Shown here: positions 18,589 to 27,538 of the stretch, piece by piece | Position numbering within the stretch: position 1 is the first letter of the stretch | Layout of the letters: each line of letters begins with the position of its first letter | Assembly: GCA_965367925.1 (NCBI GenBank) | Contig: CBDUKY010000001.1 | Span: forward strand, 1 to 32,552 | Direction: 5' to 3' | Length of the DNA stretch: 32,552 bases | Origin: an uncultured Pseudomonadales bacterium | GTDB taxonomy: Bacteria; Pseudomonadota; Gammaproteobacteria; Pseudomonadales; Azotimanducaceae | Program-made: the position numbers and the translations under genes | Notes under the pieces: model-generated | Databases searched by the model: none | The model's input: the letters and a program-made list of their open reading frames with translations, nothing else | Told to the model about the DNA's origin: nothing

Positions 18589-19371
18589 ATGGAAATCATC
18601 ACACGCGCCCCTGATCAGGATACAGATCGCCCACATCTCGTTTTTATCCCTGGCGCCTTCCACGGCGCCTGGTGTTGGGATGAATATTATCTTCCCTGGT
18701 TCGCGGAACAAGGCTGGCAGTGTCACGGCCTTAGCCTCCGAGGGCACGAAAAAGACGCACCCAAAACAGGTATGGCAAACTGGTCGCTACAAGACTACAC
18801 CGCTGATGTCTGTGACTTCCTGGATCAACTGCCTGGCAGTGCTATCTTGATTGGCCATTCTATGGGTGGCGTTATCTCCCAGATGTGCTTTGCTCAAAGC
18901 GACCGTGTAGCGGGACTTGTGCCCTTCGCTTCATCGCCACTCAGGCCAGCATTAAGAGTGATTGTCCGAATGCTAATGAAAAAACCAGTGGCCATGCTAA
19001 AGGCTCAAATCAAGAAAGATCCGGACCTCCTAAGGGGGGCCATGCAATCATTTTTCTTTTCTCCTGACCTTGATCAGGCAACCCTTGATAACTATATCGA
19101 ACAACTTACCAGCGAATCCCAGACTGCGCTGGACGAGGTGTTTAGCCGGTCAGCACCAGTCCCAGGGGAAAATGAACAACGCCCTGTATTGGTTATTGCC
19201 GGCAGAGATGACTGGTCTATTCCCCTTGCAGATCATCAATGGTTAGCTAGTATCTACAAGGCAAAACTCGAAGTGTGCGCTGGTAGTCACGATATTATGC
19301 TTGATCCAAACTGGCTCGATGCGGCAACCGTGATAGACAAATGGTTGCAGAAAGAATTTGGGCCCAGCTAA
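18589..19371 (+). CDS. alpha/beta hydrolase
   Basis: Nucleophile elbow GHSMGG, N-terminal HLVFIPGAFHGAWCW strand-turn, and late acid/His region (GRDDWSIP, GSHDIM). ATG at 18589 is preferred; the track ORF start at 18472 would overlap the MBL gene and add a non-homologous-looking 39 aa. Confidence 0.75.
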   Translation: MEIITRAPDQDTDRPHLVFIPGAFHGAWCWDEYYLPWFAEQGWQCHGLSLRGHEKDAPKTGMANWSLQDYTADVCDFLDQLPGSAILIGHSMGGVISQMCFAQSDRVAGLVPFASSPLRPALRVIVRMLMKKPVAMLKAQIKKDPDLLRGAMQSFFFSPDLDQATLDNYIEQLTSESQTALDEVFSRSAPVPGENEQRPVLVIAGRDDWSIPLADHQWLASIYKAKLEVCAGSHDIMLDPNWLDAATVIDKWLQKEFGPS

Positions 19372-19423
19372 AAGACACCTGGGGTGGCTTAAATCAGCGT
19401 ATAGTCAATAACTCTCTTTTGGT

Positions 19424-20257
19424 GTGACTGAAGTGACCTATATCATCCAACTGCTTGCTGACCAGCCACTCTGGGTACGCATTGGTTTCTTTATATTCCT
19501 GGCTGTCGCGACCCATCTGCTCGTGATCCTGATGCGCACAATTGCGAATCGACTGGTGCTAGGTGGTCAGCTTAGAAACCAGAAAGCACACTCTGTCATC
19601 ACCCTGACCACCAGCGCACTGATCTTTGCCCTGTACTTTTTTGTTATAGGGCTGATCCTACAAGAGCTTAACGTTTCCCTGACAGCCTATCTGGCTAGTG
19701 CTTCGGTTATCGGTCTTGCGGTCGGGTTTGGCTCCCAGGGTATTGTTCAAGACGTGGTCATGGGCATCACCATTATCTTTTCAGACCTGCTTGATGTTGG
19801 TGATCTGGTTGAAGTTGGTGGCCAAACCGGCAAGGTGAAACGCATTACCATGCGATTTGTCGAATTAGAGAATGCCCTCGGCGCACAAGTCTTCATTCCT
19901 AATCGAACCATCAACAACGTTATTAACTATCCTCGCGGATACATTCGCTGTCTGGTCGATGTATCGCTGCTAGGTGATGCTGATGCCAGAGAAAAAATGG
20001 CCGAGTGTGCTGTCCGCAGAATGCGCGGCATCTATGAACAGTTCCCCGGTATTCTATTAACGGAGCCTTCCGTTGTCGGTCGACAGTCCGTGGTTAGCGG
20101 TAAAGACTTCTTACGTATCAAGTTCCGCATCTGGCCAAACCGTGGCCAGCCGATTGAAACTACATTCGTTAAAGAATTAAGCGCGGAATTAAAAACTATC
20201 AACGACTCATATCAGGACTGGATGATCGCTGTTTACTACGAGGTAGAGGAAAAATAG
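19424..20257 (+). CDS. small-conductance mechanosensitive channel (MscS family)
   Basis: Three N-terminal TM helices, pore-helix region ASASVIGLAVGFGSQGIVQDVVMGITIIFSD, and beta-domain VGDLVEVGGQTGKVKRITMRFVELENALGAQVFIPNRTI. GTG start, no clear SD. Confidence 0.8.
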   Translation: MTEVTYIIQLLADQPLWVRIGFFIFLAVATHLLVILMRTIANRLVLGGQLRNQKAHSVITLTTSALIFALYFFVIGLILQELNVSLTAYLASASVIGLAVGFGSQGIVQDVVMGITIIFSDLLDVGDLVEVGGQTGKVKRITMRFVELENALGAQVFIPNRTINNVINYPRGYIRCLVDVSLLGDADAREKMAECAVRRMRGIYEQFPGILLTEPSVVGRQSVVSGKDFLRIKFRIWPNRGQPIETTFVKELSAELKTINDSYQDWMIAVYYEVEEK

Positions 20258-20260
20258 TAC

Positions 20261-20809
20261 CTAGTTAGAAAACTGACAAGCTTCACTAACTTGTTGACGA
20301 GCCTGGTTGATCGCCTGATCGCCCTGGGCAATTAGGAGCTCACGCTTTGCAAGATTACAGTTCTCCGCGGCAACCAGAATTTCTCTTGGCATTACTTTCG
20401 GTGCGTTCAGACAAATAGCGTCATCGACACGGCGAATATTTATCGAGCCTAGTCGCTCAATTGCGACGCAATCCTTTCGTTCTAGAAAATCTTTTTCAGA
20501 AACAATCCGTAAGATCTTGCCATCCAATCGATGTATTTCATAAACATAGGTTTGCGACATACCAGATAGCTGTTTGGCCCGGCCAATGTTTGCCGCGCCG
20601 GACCTGGTGCTATCAATGTCTCTATCCAACAGCGCACCCTGCAAGCCAGCGATCTCTGCTTCAGAGTCTAGTCTGGCAACACTCTTGGCTTCAATTTTGC
20701 CGAAATTGATTAGCACAGGATTTGTAACCTCTGGCTTTCCGCCTATCTGCCATGTACAGCTAGACAAAGCCAGGACACACAGGGCAGTAAAAAGCATCGT
20801 TTGTTTCAT
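20261..20809 (-). CDS. hypothetical lipoprotein
   Basis: Signal peptide with lipobox (MKQTMLFTALCVLALSS/C), AAGG SD upstream, 182 aa, four further Cys. No family recognised. Confidence 0.5.
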   Translation of the reverse strand: MKQTMLFTALCVLALSSCTWQIGGKPEVTNPVLINFGKIEAKSVARLDSEAEIAGLQGALLDRDIDSTRSGAANIGRAKQLSGMSQTYVYEIHRLDGKILRIVSEKDFLERKDCVAIERLGSINIRRVDDAICLNAPKVMPREILVAAENCNLAKRELLIAQGDQAINQARQQVSEACQFSN

Positions 20810-20863
20810 TACACTAACCTTATTTCAGAAAATCTGAAGAACTCGAAGCCTGAAGCAATACCC

Positions 20864-20894
20864 AGGCTAATTCAAGCAAACCTTGAACAAGCCT
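20864..20894 (-). other. composite hairpin immediately after the DUF389-like gene stop (no U-tract)
   Basis: Plus strand: AGGCT-aa-TTCAAG-caaac-CTTGAA-ca-AGCCT (5 + 6 bp with a 2x2 internal loop), 3 nt from the TGA at 20897-20899. It is not followed by a T-run on the coding-sense strand. Confidence 0.3.
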
Positions 20895-20896
20895 AT

Positions 20897-21868
20897 TCAG
20901 ATATCCAGACCAGTAATATTGGCAACCCAGATTAGACACACGAGTAAAACCAGAGAAACCACAGCGAGGCCGAGAGTTCTTTTTCTGGCATTCAGTGCTG
21001 CGAGCCTGGTGCGTGGCGCAATAGCGGAAAAATACAATGTTGAATGGGCAGCCAGATTGATGGCTGCGACGTTTATTGCTAGCAACAGTATCGCACCAAG
21101 ACTGGCAAAATATTGTCCGGAACCTAGCAACAAGCCCGCAGTTGCCAACGGGGGTATTAAGGCGACAGCTACCATCACGCCAACGAGCACTGCCTGGGTT
21201 CCCTTCGTTATCGACAGCACAGCCGCGACGCCAGAAGCAAATGCTAGCACCGCGTTTCCGAAGCCGACTTTAGTTCGACTTACAATCTCCTGGCTAACCT
21301 CAAAGTCACGCCAGACCAGACCGACACATACAGCCACCACAAACGCTAAACCGGCACCTTTAATAAAGGAAAACAGCGCCCGCCTACCAATCGCAAAGTC
21401 ACCTAGAACCGAGGCCAGGGCAAAAGAAAGATTCGGGCCCAGTAGTGGTGCGATCACCATGGCACCCACAATGACAGCAATATTATTTTGAATCAGGCCG
21501 ATACTCGCAACAATCGTAGAAAGTGCCACCAGCAATAAAAACAGCGCGTCTGAGCGAGAGCCTTCATCGGCGATTCTGGCCAGTTCCTCGCGGGAAAGCT
21601 GCGGTGTTGTTTGCTGTGCTTCAGGTGCAGGGAAGCTCGCATCCACATTGAGGACATGAATCGATGCATTTTCCGCACCCCCTAACACCTGCTGGAGCTT
21701 ATCCATCAGCTCGCTACGGTCTTGCGAGGGCACAAAAAGGCGAATAGAAAATGTCTCGCTACTGTCTGTAACCGGTTCATGCCAGAGCTGGGTAATGCCC
21801 TTTGTATCGAGTACAGCTTGAACCGTGTCCTGATAGCCAACAGGGGCGGTAATGATGATGTATTTCAA
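20897..21868 (-). CDS. DUF389 / TIGR00341-like integral membrane protein
   Basis: Soluble N-terminal domain (MKYIIITAPVGYQDTVQAVLD) followed by about 6 hydrophobic helices containing GAMVIAPLLGP, which I recognise as typical of the DUF389 family. TTG start; there is no alternative start upstream before an in-frame TAA. Confidence 0.55.
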   Translation of the reverse strand: MKYIIITAPVGYQDTVQAVLDTKGITQLWHEPVTDSSETFSIRLFVPSQDRSELMDKLQQVLGGAENASIHVLNVDASFPAPEAQQTTPQLSREELARIADEGSRSDALFLLLVALSTIVASIGLIQNNIAVIVGAMVIAPLLGPNLSFALASVLGDFAIGRRALFSFIKGAGLAFVVAVCVGLVWRDFEVSQEIVSRTKVGFGNAVLAFASGVAAVLSITKGTQAVLVGVMVAVALIPPLATAGLLLGSGQYFASLGAILLLAINVAAINLAAHSTLYFSAIAPRTRLAALNARKRTLGLAVVSLVLLVCLIWVANITGLDI

Positions 21869-22005
21869 TATATGGTGACTGCTAAGGCGAGGGTGGAACT
21901 CTACCCTCGAATCAGCTTACGGGCAAATTAAGGGCTTTAAAAAAAGGCGACGAGTGGTATATGATCGGCGTCAGTGCTGTCTAAAAAATAACCAATAATA
22001 ATAAA

Positions 22006-22034
22006 TTGACGATAGTTTTAAGATTCAGATGAAT
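22006..22034 (+). promoter_or_regulatory. possible sigma70-type promoter for the GT9 gene
   Basis: TTGACG (22006-22011), a 17-nt spacer, then ATGAAT (22029-22034), about 43 nt upstream of the ATG. Pattern match only. Confidence 0.25.
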
Positions 22035-22076
22035 CTATTCAACTGAGATCAGCCTATCGGCAGATGGACCCACGAT

Positions 22077-23159
22077 ATGCCAGAACCCGGTCAAGTGCAT
22101 CAGACAGGTATCCCAGCAGACGGTCAACGACTGCTCTTTATCACAACAAAACACACGGGTAACAATGTGTTTTGCACCCCGGCTATTCGATTTACCAGAC
22201 ATCATTTTCCTAACAGTCGCATCGACGTGGTTGCCCTTAACAAACTCAGCGCAGAAGTGTTCGAGTCTCACCCGGATATTAATCGGGTATTTGTTTCCAA
22301 CCGGCCCTGGGTCGTGACTCGCCTAAGCCAGCGATATGACCGGGTCATCTGTCTAAACAACAAATCAGCGCACCTGATCAAGCATGTGAATCAACCTTGT
22401 GCTATTGCACCGAGGTTTCCGGATAAGAAGCATCATGCAGACGCCACGCTGGATTTTGTCGCCGAAACCCTGGATATCCCTGTTGCGGACGAGTTCCGAA
22501 ACTATGCATTAGATACGTCGGCCACACCCCCGGCTGTTTACCGCAGCATCCTGAAAAATCGCCCTACTAGTGCAAAAGCACCTATCATTGGTATTCATCT
22601 TGGCTGCGGTCGAACCGCTGTTCATGGCTGGAAATTTTTCCACGCCGGGCGAGGCAAACATCAGAAGCTCTGGCCCGTTGAAAACTACATTGATCTTGCC
22701 CGGCAATTTAAGCGCCGATTTCCTGGCTGCCAACTCGTCATTACCGGTACTCGCAACGAGGCATTTCTTGCCAGACAATTTCAACGTGAAATCACGGACA
22801 GTATTAGCCTGATTGGTAAAACTACCGCTCGCACACTACTTAGCACTATATCCAATATGAATCTGTTTGTTTCCCATGATTGTGGTGTCCTGCATATTGC
22901 ATCGGCAACAAATACACCGCTGGTTGCCTTGTTTGCTGCAACCCATGTGGAACAAACTGGCCCCTATTCAAACGGAACAGACCAGGTTGTCATCAAGCGA
23001 AAATCAATGAGTGATATCACACCGGCTGAAGTGGTCGAGCAATCTGCCCGCTTTATCAGTGTAAGACCGCGCGTCAAACCCGCACTCTTTATCGATACCC
23101 TGAAGACAGGGAATCACAGTAGCGCCACAAGCAATCAGTTAAATCCAACAGCAATCTAG
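22077..23159 (+). CDS. glycosyltransferase family 9 (heptosyltransferase-like)
   Basis: GT9 layout: N-terminal RLLFITTKHTGNNVFCTPAIRF (counterpart of the usual LGDxxxxTP strand-loop), IGIHLGCGRT, and C-terminal NLFVSHDCGVLHIASATNTPLVALF. Confidence 0.7.
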   Translation: MPEPGQVHQTGIPADGQRLLFITTKHTGNNVFCTPAIRFTRHHFPNSRIDVVALNKLSAEVFESHPDINRVFVSNRPWVVTRLSQRYDRVICLNNKSAHLIKHVNQPCAIAPRFPDKKHHADATLDFVAETLDIPVADEFRNYALDTSATPPAVYRSILKNRPTSAKAPIIGIHLGCGRTAVHGWKFFHAGRGKHQKLWPVENYIDLARQFKRRFPGCQLVITGTRNEAFLARQFQREITDSISLIGKTTARTLLSTISNMNLFVSHDCGVLHIASATNTPLVALFAATHVEQTGPYSNGTDQVVIKRKSMSDITPAEVVEQSARFISVRPRVKPALFIDTLKTGNHSSATSNQLNPTAI

Positions 23160-24064
23160 TCGTTGGTATCAGGTTCAAAAAACATCCACAAGACTTCAGG
23201 AAATTTCTCCTTAAAGTTCGCCTCACAACGATTGATAGCTTCAATTAGCTTTGTTTCTGAACCCTGGGGGTGCAACCGCGCTTTAACCGCGACCATCACA
23301 TCTTTACCCATTTGCAGTGTAAGCAGATTATAGACCTCCGCAATCGCAGCTTCACTGGCTAGATGCTGACGCATTTCTTCAAGTCGGCGGGTCTCGACCC
23401 CCTGGCCTATGATCAATGCCTTAATTTCGATACCGATCAGGATCGCAATCACTATCAACAGTACGCCAATACCGATACTGCCGATTGCGTCATAGACAGG
23501 ATTACCTGTGACCATGGTCAAACTGATTGCACCTAGCGCAAATATCAGCCCCAACAATGCAGCAACATCTTCACCAAAGATGACCAGCAACTCACTCTGC
23601 CTGGTTTCAACAAACCATTGCCAGAAACTTCTATCACCACGTACCTTGTTAATTTCCCTGATACAACCAGCGAGCGAGAGTCCTTCTGCAACCACGGCAA
23701 ACACCAGTACGCCTATCGCAATCATGGGGCTATTTAAGGGTGCTGTTTCACTTAGCTTATGAACGCCTTCATAGATTGAGAATAGCCCGCCCATGCTGAA
23801 CAGCATTAACGCAACAACGAATGACCAGAAATAGATACTTTTCCCATAACCAAGCGGGTGATCCGTCGAAGGCGGTTTACTGGCGCTCTTCAAGCCAAAT
23901 AGAAGTAGGCCTTGATTACCGCAATCGGCTAACGAGTGAATAGCCTCTGCCATCATTGATCCAGAGCCAGTAATAATCGCAGCGACCAACTTTGCAACGG
24001 CAATGGCAAAGTTGGCACTCAAGGCATAGATAATAGATTTAAATGAATTGGCCTGGGCAGACAT
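23156..24064 (-). CDS. cation diffusion facilitator (CDF) family transporter
   Basis: Contains NFAIAVAKLVAAIITGSGSMMAEAIHSLADCGNQ (TM2 HxxxD), six TM helices and a C-terminal cytoplasmic domain. ATG at 24064 (M43 of the track ORF) has GGAG 6 nt upstream and gives the family-typical N-terminus. The track start at 24190 would overlap the divergent aldolase start. Confidence 0.8.
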   Translation of the reverse strand: MSAQANSFKSIIYALSANFAIAVAKLVAAIITGSGSMMAEAIHSLADCGNQGLLLFGLKSASKPPSTDHPLGYGKSIYFWSFVVALMLFSMGGLFSIYEGVHKLSETAPLNSPMIAIGVLVFAVVAEGLSLAGCIREINKVRGDRSFWQWFVETRQSELLVIFGEDVAALLGLIFALGAISLTMVTGNPVYDAIGSIGIGVLLIVIAILIGIEIKALIIGQGVETRRLEEMRQHLASEAAIAEVYNLLTLQMGKDVMVAVKARLHPQGSETKLIEAINRCEANFKEKFPEVLWMFFEPDTND

Positions 24065-24189
24065 CACGGCTCCAACTAGGTCTTCGTCCCGACAATATAC
24101 CGTGTTTTTGCATCCAGATTGTAATTCATCTTTCCAGCCAGCATTGATCCTGATACTGTTTTTAAAAACAGTCGCCATGAGGATGCTCA

Positions 24190-24933
24190 ATGTCAGAAGC
24201 TAGACAAACCAAACAGTGGACAACTGAAGAAACCCGACTGCGGCGAAAACGTGATTGTGCACTGGGATATCGATTACTTGCCGCTAATCGCTGGGGAGAT
24301 GCAGGCGACGGGCACATCAGCGCTCGCGACCCTGAACGGACGGATTGCTTCTGGATGTTGCGATATGGCGTTTCATACCATCAGGCAAAGATATCAGATC
24401 TGGTTCTCGTGGCACCAGATGGCTCGTTAGCAGAAGGTGAGGGTTTTGTTAATGTCGCCGGTTATTACATTCACCACCCTATTCTCACGACCAGACCTGA
24501 TGCTGTTAGCGCAGTTCATGTACACACTGGCTGGGGCACACCCTTTTCAGCAGAGGCCCGGTTGTTTGAGCCTATTACCCAGGAGTCCTGCATCTTCTTC
24601 GAGGATCATGCCTTGTTTGACGATGAAGAGGTTCAAGTACAGAGCACTGAAGCTGGCCAGCGCATCGCTGATGCATTGGGTAAAAATCGCGCTATTATCT
24701 TGCGTAACCACGGACTACTGACCGTGGGAGATAGTGTTGCTGAGGCAGTGGGTAGCTTTATACAAATGGAGCGGGTTGCGGAAGCACACATGAAAGTAAG
24801 AAACCCAAAACCTATTTCAGCGGAAGCGGCGCGATTCGCACAAAAGGACCTGACTCGATTCGGCTCTGGAAGAAGCGCCTTTGCAGCAATGCTACAAAGG
24901 CATATTGGTGATGTGGAGGTCGTAAGCAGCTAG
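24190..24933 (+). CDS. class II aldolase/adducin family protein
   Basis: ALGYRLLAANRWGDAGDGHISARDP and the His-rich metal-site region (YIHHPI, AVHVHT) are typical of the class II aldolase/adducin N-terminal domain; 247 aa. Confidence 0.7.
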   Translation: MSEARQTKQWTTEETRLRRKRDCALGYRLLAANRWGDAGDGHISARDPERTDCFWMLRYGVSYHQAKISDLVLVAPDGSLAEGEGFVNVAGYYIHHPILTTRPDAVSAVHVHTGWGTPFSAEARLFEPITQESCIFFEDHALFDDEEVQVQSTEAGQRIADALGKNRAIILRNHGLLTVGDSVAEAVGSFIQMERVAEAHMKVRNPKPISAEAARFAQKDLTRFGSGRSAFAAMLQRHIGDVEVVSS

Positions 24934-24956
24934 GCTGCTTTCTTGCCAGTCAAAAC

Positions 24957-25982
24957 TCAGAGTAGCCCTGGCAGTTTCGTCGCAATCCATTTTACTAGTG
25001 CTCGATTGACCTCTCGCGGTTTCTCTTGTGCTATCCAATGACCTGAATCTATGATTGATTCAGTGAGGTTTGAGCATTTTTCTCGCATGGGTTCTGTCAG
25101 TCTGGAATTTACACTTTCACACACCGTGTCGTATCTCGCGGCCAGGAAAAGTGCGGGCAAATCGAGTTTCGCGCCATTTACCGCGGTCTTAAAGTAAGCC
25201 GCATTGGCCTCATGATTCATATACCAGGAGTTAGGCCCAAAGAATCCATTTCTCTGTAGACCTTCTGCATAGACATTGAGTTCAGCTTCACTGATTACAC
25301 GCTCATCTATAGGTACATCCGGTGCCTCATCAAGACCGCCAAACCAACCGCCCTGTTTGCTCACCATAGAAGTTGCCGCAGGCTGATCAAGCCCGACTGA
25401 GGAACCAGCCCGAAACAATGCTTGCACCATTGCTCGCGGGTTAGCATCCATAGGTCTGGTAGCTGCTTCGAATTCAGCCTCGTAAAACCGCATATAGTCC
25501 CATTGGCCGACAGGATACTCATCTTCAGGATAGATAGATCGGTCGACAAGACTAATGACAAAATCCAGGCCCTGCTCAAGACTCGCATAGGGTACGCATA
25601 GTCCTGCCACGCCATGGCAAACTTCAGGATGGTGACTGGCAATATTCCAGGCGACTGGTGCGCCCCAGTCATGACCAACCCAAATTGCTTTTTCCTGCGC
25701 TAAATGATCCAACAGTTCCAGCATGTCTTGTACAGCATGAACCTGTGCATAGGCATCATGAGTTTTATACACCGATGATTGGCCATAGCCACGCATATCA
25801 GGTGCAACAGCATGAAAGCCCAGGGCCGCAAAGCATCGCAGCTGATGGCGCCAGCTTAAAGATAGTTCTGGCCAACCGTGCGTAAAAATAATTAAAGGTC
25901 CATCTTCAGGACCGCAAGAGAGGTAAGACGTTTTATGTCGCTGGGTTTCGAAATCGCGACGAGTTATTTCGGCAATATTCAT
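24957..25982 (-). CDS. alpha/beta hydrolase, epoxide-hydrolase-like
   Basis: HGWP oxyanion motif (FTHGWPELSLSWRHQ), Asp nucleophile elbow GHDWGAPVAW, a cap-domain insertion, and C-terminal DSGHWIAQEKP (catalytic His). Confidence 0.8.
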   Translation of the reverse strand: MNIAEITRRDFETQRHKTSYLSCGPEDGPLIIFTHGWPELSLSWRHQLRCFAALGFHAVAPDMRGYGQSSVYKTHDAYAQVHAVQDMLELLDHLAQEKAIWVGHDWGAPVAWNIASHHPEVCHGVAGLCVPYASLEQGLDFVISLVDRSIYPEDEYPVGQWDYMRFYEAEFEAATRPMDANPRAMVQALFRAGSSVGLDQPAATSMVSKQGGWFGGLDEAPDVPIDERVISEAELNVYAEGLQRNGFFGPNSWYMNHEANAAYFKTAVNGAKLDLPALFLAARYDTVCESVNSRLTEPMREKCSNLTESIIDSGHWIAQEKPREVNRALVKWIATKLPGLL

Positions 25983-26249
25983 GGTAGCAATCGCTTTAAA
26001 AACATACAGACTACGAATTTTCTATTCATTCGTACAGGGTTGATCCGCTTAGCCTAAACTCAATAATAGACCAGGGGCGAATATATTGTATTTGACAAAC
26101 CTGACAGCAGAAACCAGCATTGGTGTTTCTACGTATACCTGTACTCAACAGAGATATCCTGCTAACAGCATTTCTCTTATCACATTCATCACTGGTGAAT
26201 TTACAGGAATAAAGTCGCCATACTAATAATGATAATTAAGGACTCATCC

Positions 26250-27524
26250 ATGCGTACCCCAGCAGCTTGCTTGCTTCTTATTGCCCTTCTCAATCAACCA
26301 GCACTCGCTAGCAAATACGATCAACCAGCGTTACTCACCGCTAAAGAACATGTACCGACGATTTTACTATCAGGCCCAAATCACCAACTAAATCCTGATG
26401 TAGAAAACAACAGTTTTCAAAACACCTATATCCTTGAAACTGACTTTGGCGAATTTCAAGCTACAGGTATCGCTGAATTACAGCAAAAGGTTAAGGAGGC
26501 TGATTCTCTCACCTACCTTAAGAATCTATCGAAAACCGGTGTTTTCCTTGAAGAACTCAAAGACACTGGCGTGGACTCTGTTGCGACCATTGCGAAAGCC
26601 TTTACGTCGCCGGTCAAAACAGTATCTGGCATCCCTGATGGCATAAACAGGCTATTTAAGGGGACAGTGGAAGGAACAAGGCGAGGCTTTGGTCTTACCA
26701 AACGATTTCTAAAAGACAAGCCAGATGAATTGGATGCTGCTGATTTTAAAGAAATGAATGCACTGGTCGGCGAGTCTGAGCGAAAATGGGCAGCAGAACT
26801 TGGCACAGATCCCTACACCACTAATCTCGTTCTTCGCAAAGCAATTAGCAGTATGTCGGTGGTTCAATTTATTGGCGGTTTACCTGTTGATCTTGCGCTG
26901 CCAATGGGCGCGGGGATTGCACTTGGGGTTCTTGATGCAGATAGCCAGGTTTACAGCCAGTCAGCTTCTCAACTTGCGATTATCAATCAGACTTGTCTTG
27001 AGCAAGCCGAGGTCTCTAGCGAAGTCATCGGTGCATTTTTTGCAGCCCCCTATCTCACACCCACGACACAAACCTTATTTTGCGAATCATTGACAGCACT
27101 TGATGGCGTCGAAAATGCCAATCAACTAACGACTGCCCTGGTTGATTCAGAGTCCTTTGAAGAAAGTCGCTACGTTCTAAGCACTATCGACCTGCTTGTC
27201 TGGCATCATCAAAACAATGCACCTCTAACACGCATTATTGCTGACTCAGGTCTTCCATACGCTGTTGGTGAAAATATGGATATTATCGTCATGTTACCGG
27301 CAGATTATCTTCTCTGGACGGATCTGACTGCCGACCGCTTCGCCAGTCTTAATCAAGTTGCAAACTCGGAGGCTGTTCGGGACAAGACCGTATGGATACT
27401 CGGTAATGCATCACCACTAGCCATCACAGAACTCGGGTTAAGCCAGTGGACAGTCAACACCCGGGCTAACAACAACAGCCTGGCGGAGATTTACTCACGG
27501 GGTATTGTCGTGACCGGACAATAG
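26250..27524 (+). CDS. hypothetical exported protein (no family recognised)
   Basis: ATG at 26250 (M8 of the track ORF) has AAGGA 7 nt upstream. Signal peptide MRTPAACLLLIALLNQPALA/S. 424 aa with one internal hydrophobic stretch (VVQFIGGLPVDLALPMGAGIALGVL). Ends 14 nt before the phosphoesterase gene. Confidence 0.55.
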   Translation: MRTPAACLLLIALLNQPALASKYDQPALLTAKEHVPTILLSGPNHQLNPDVENNSFQNTYILETDFGEFQATGIAELQQKVKEADSLTYLKNLSKTGVFLEELKDTGVDSVATIAKAFTSPVKTVSGIPDGINRLFKGTVEGTRRGFGLTKRFLKDKPDELDAADFKEMNALVGESERKWAAELGTDPYTTNLVLRKAISSMSVVQFIGGLPVDLALPMGAGIALGVLDADSQVYSQSASQLAIINQTCLEQAEVSSEVIGAFFAAPYLTPTTQTLFCESLTALDGVENANQLTTALVDSESFEESRYVLSTIDLLVWHHQNNAPLTRIIADSGLPYAVGENMDIIVMLPADYLLWTDLTADRFASLNQVANSEAVRDKTVWILGNASPLAITELGLSQWTVNTRANNNSLAEIYSRGIVVTGQ

Positions 27525-27538
27525 TCAATTCAGCTGAC

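Noticed and set aside
20883-21491. 202-aa plus-strand ORF rich in Ala/Thr/Pro/Ser
   Set aside because: It is antisense to the hydrophobic DUF389-like membrane gene. Its low-complexity composition is what the reverse complement of Gly/Ala/Val/Leu-rich codons gives, and it has no motif.
24065-24190. 42-codon N-terminal extension of the CDF transporter ORF (TTG at 24190)
   Set aside because: The extension has no homology-like features and would overlap the divergent aldolase start. ATG 24064 has a GGAG SD and yields the family-typical N-terminus.
26092-26110. Pho-box-like TGACA/TGTCA direct repeats (TTGACAAACCTGACAGCAG) upstream of the unknown-protein/PAP operon
   Set aside because: The repeat period is 9 nt rather than the 11 nt of the PhoB box (CTGTCAT-N4-CTGTCAT), and the half-sites are only 5-6 nt long. 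It is suggestive given the downstream phosphatase but does not meet the consensus. No convincing Pho box was seen upstream of the TBDR either.
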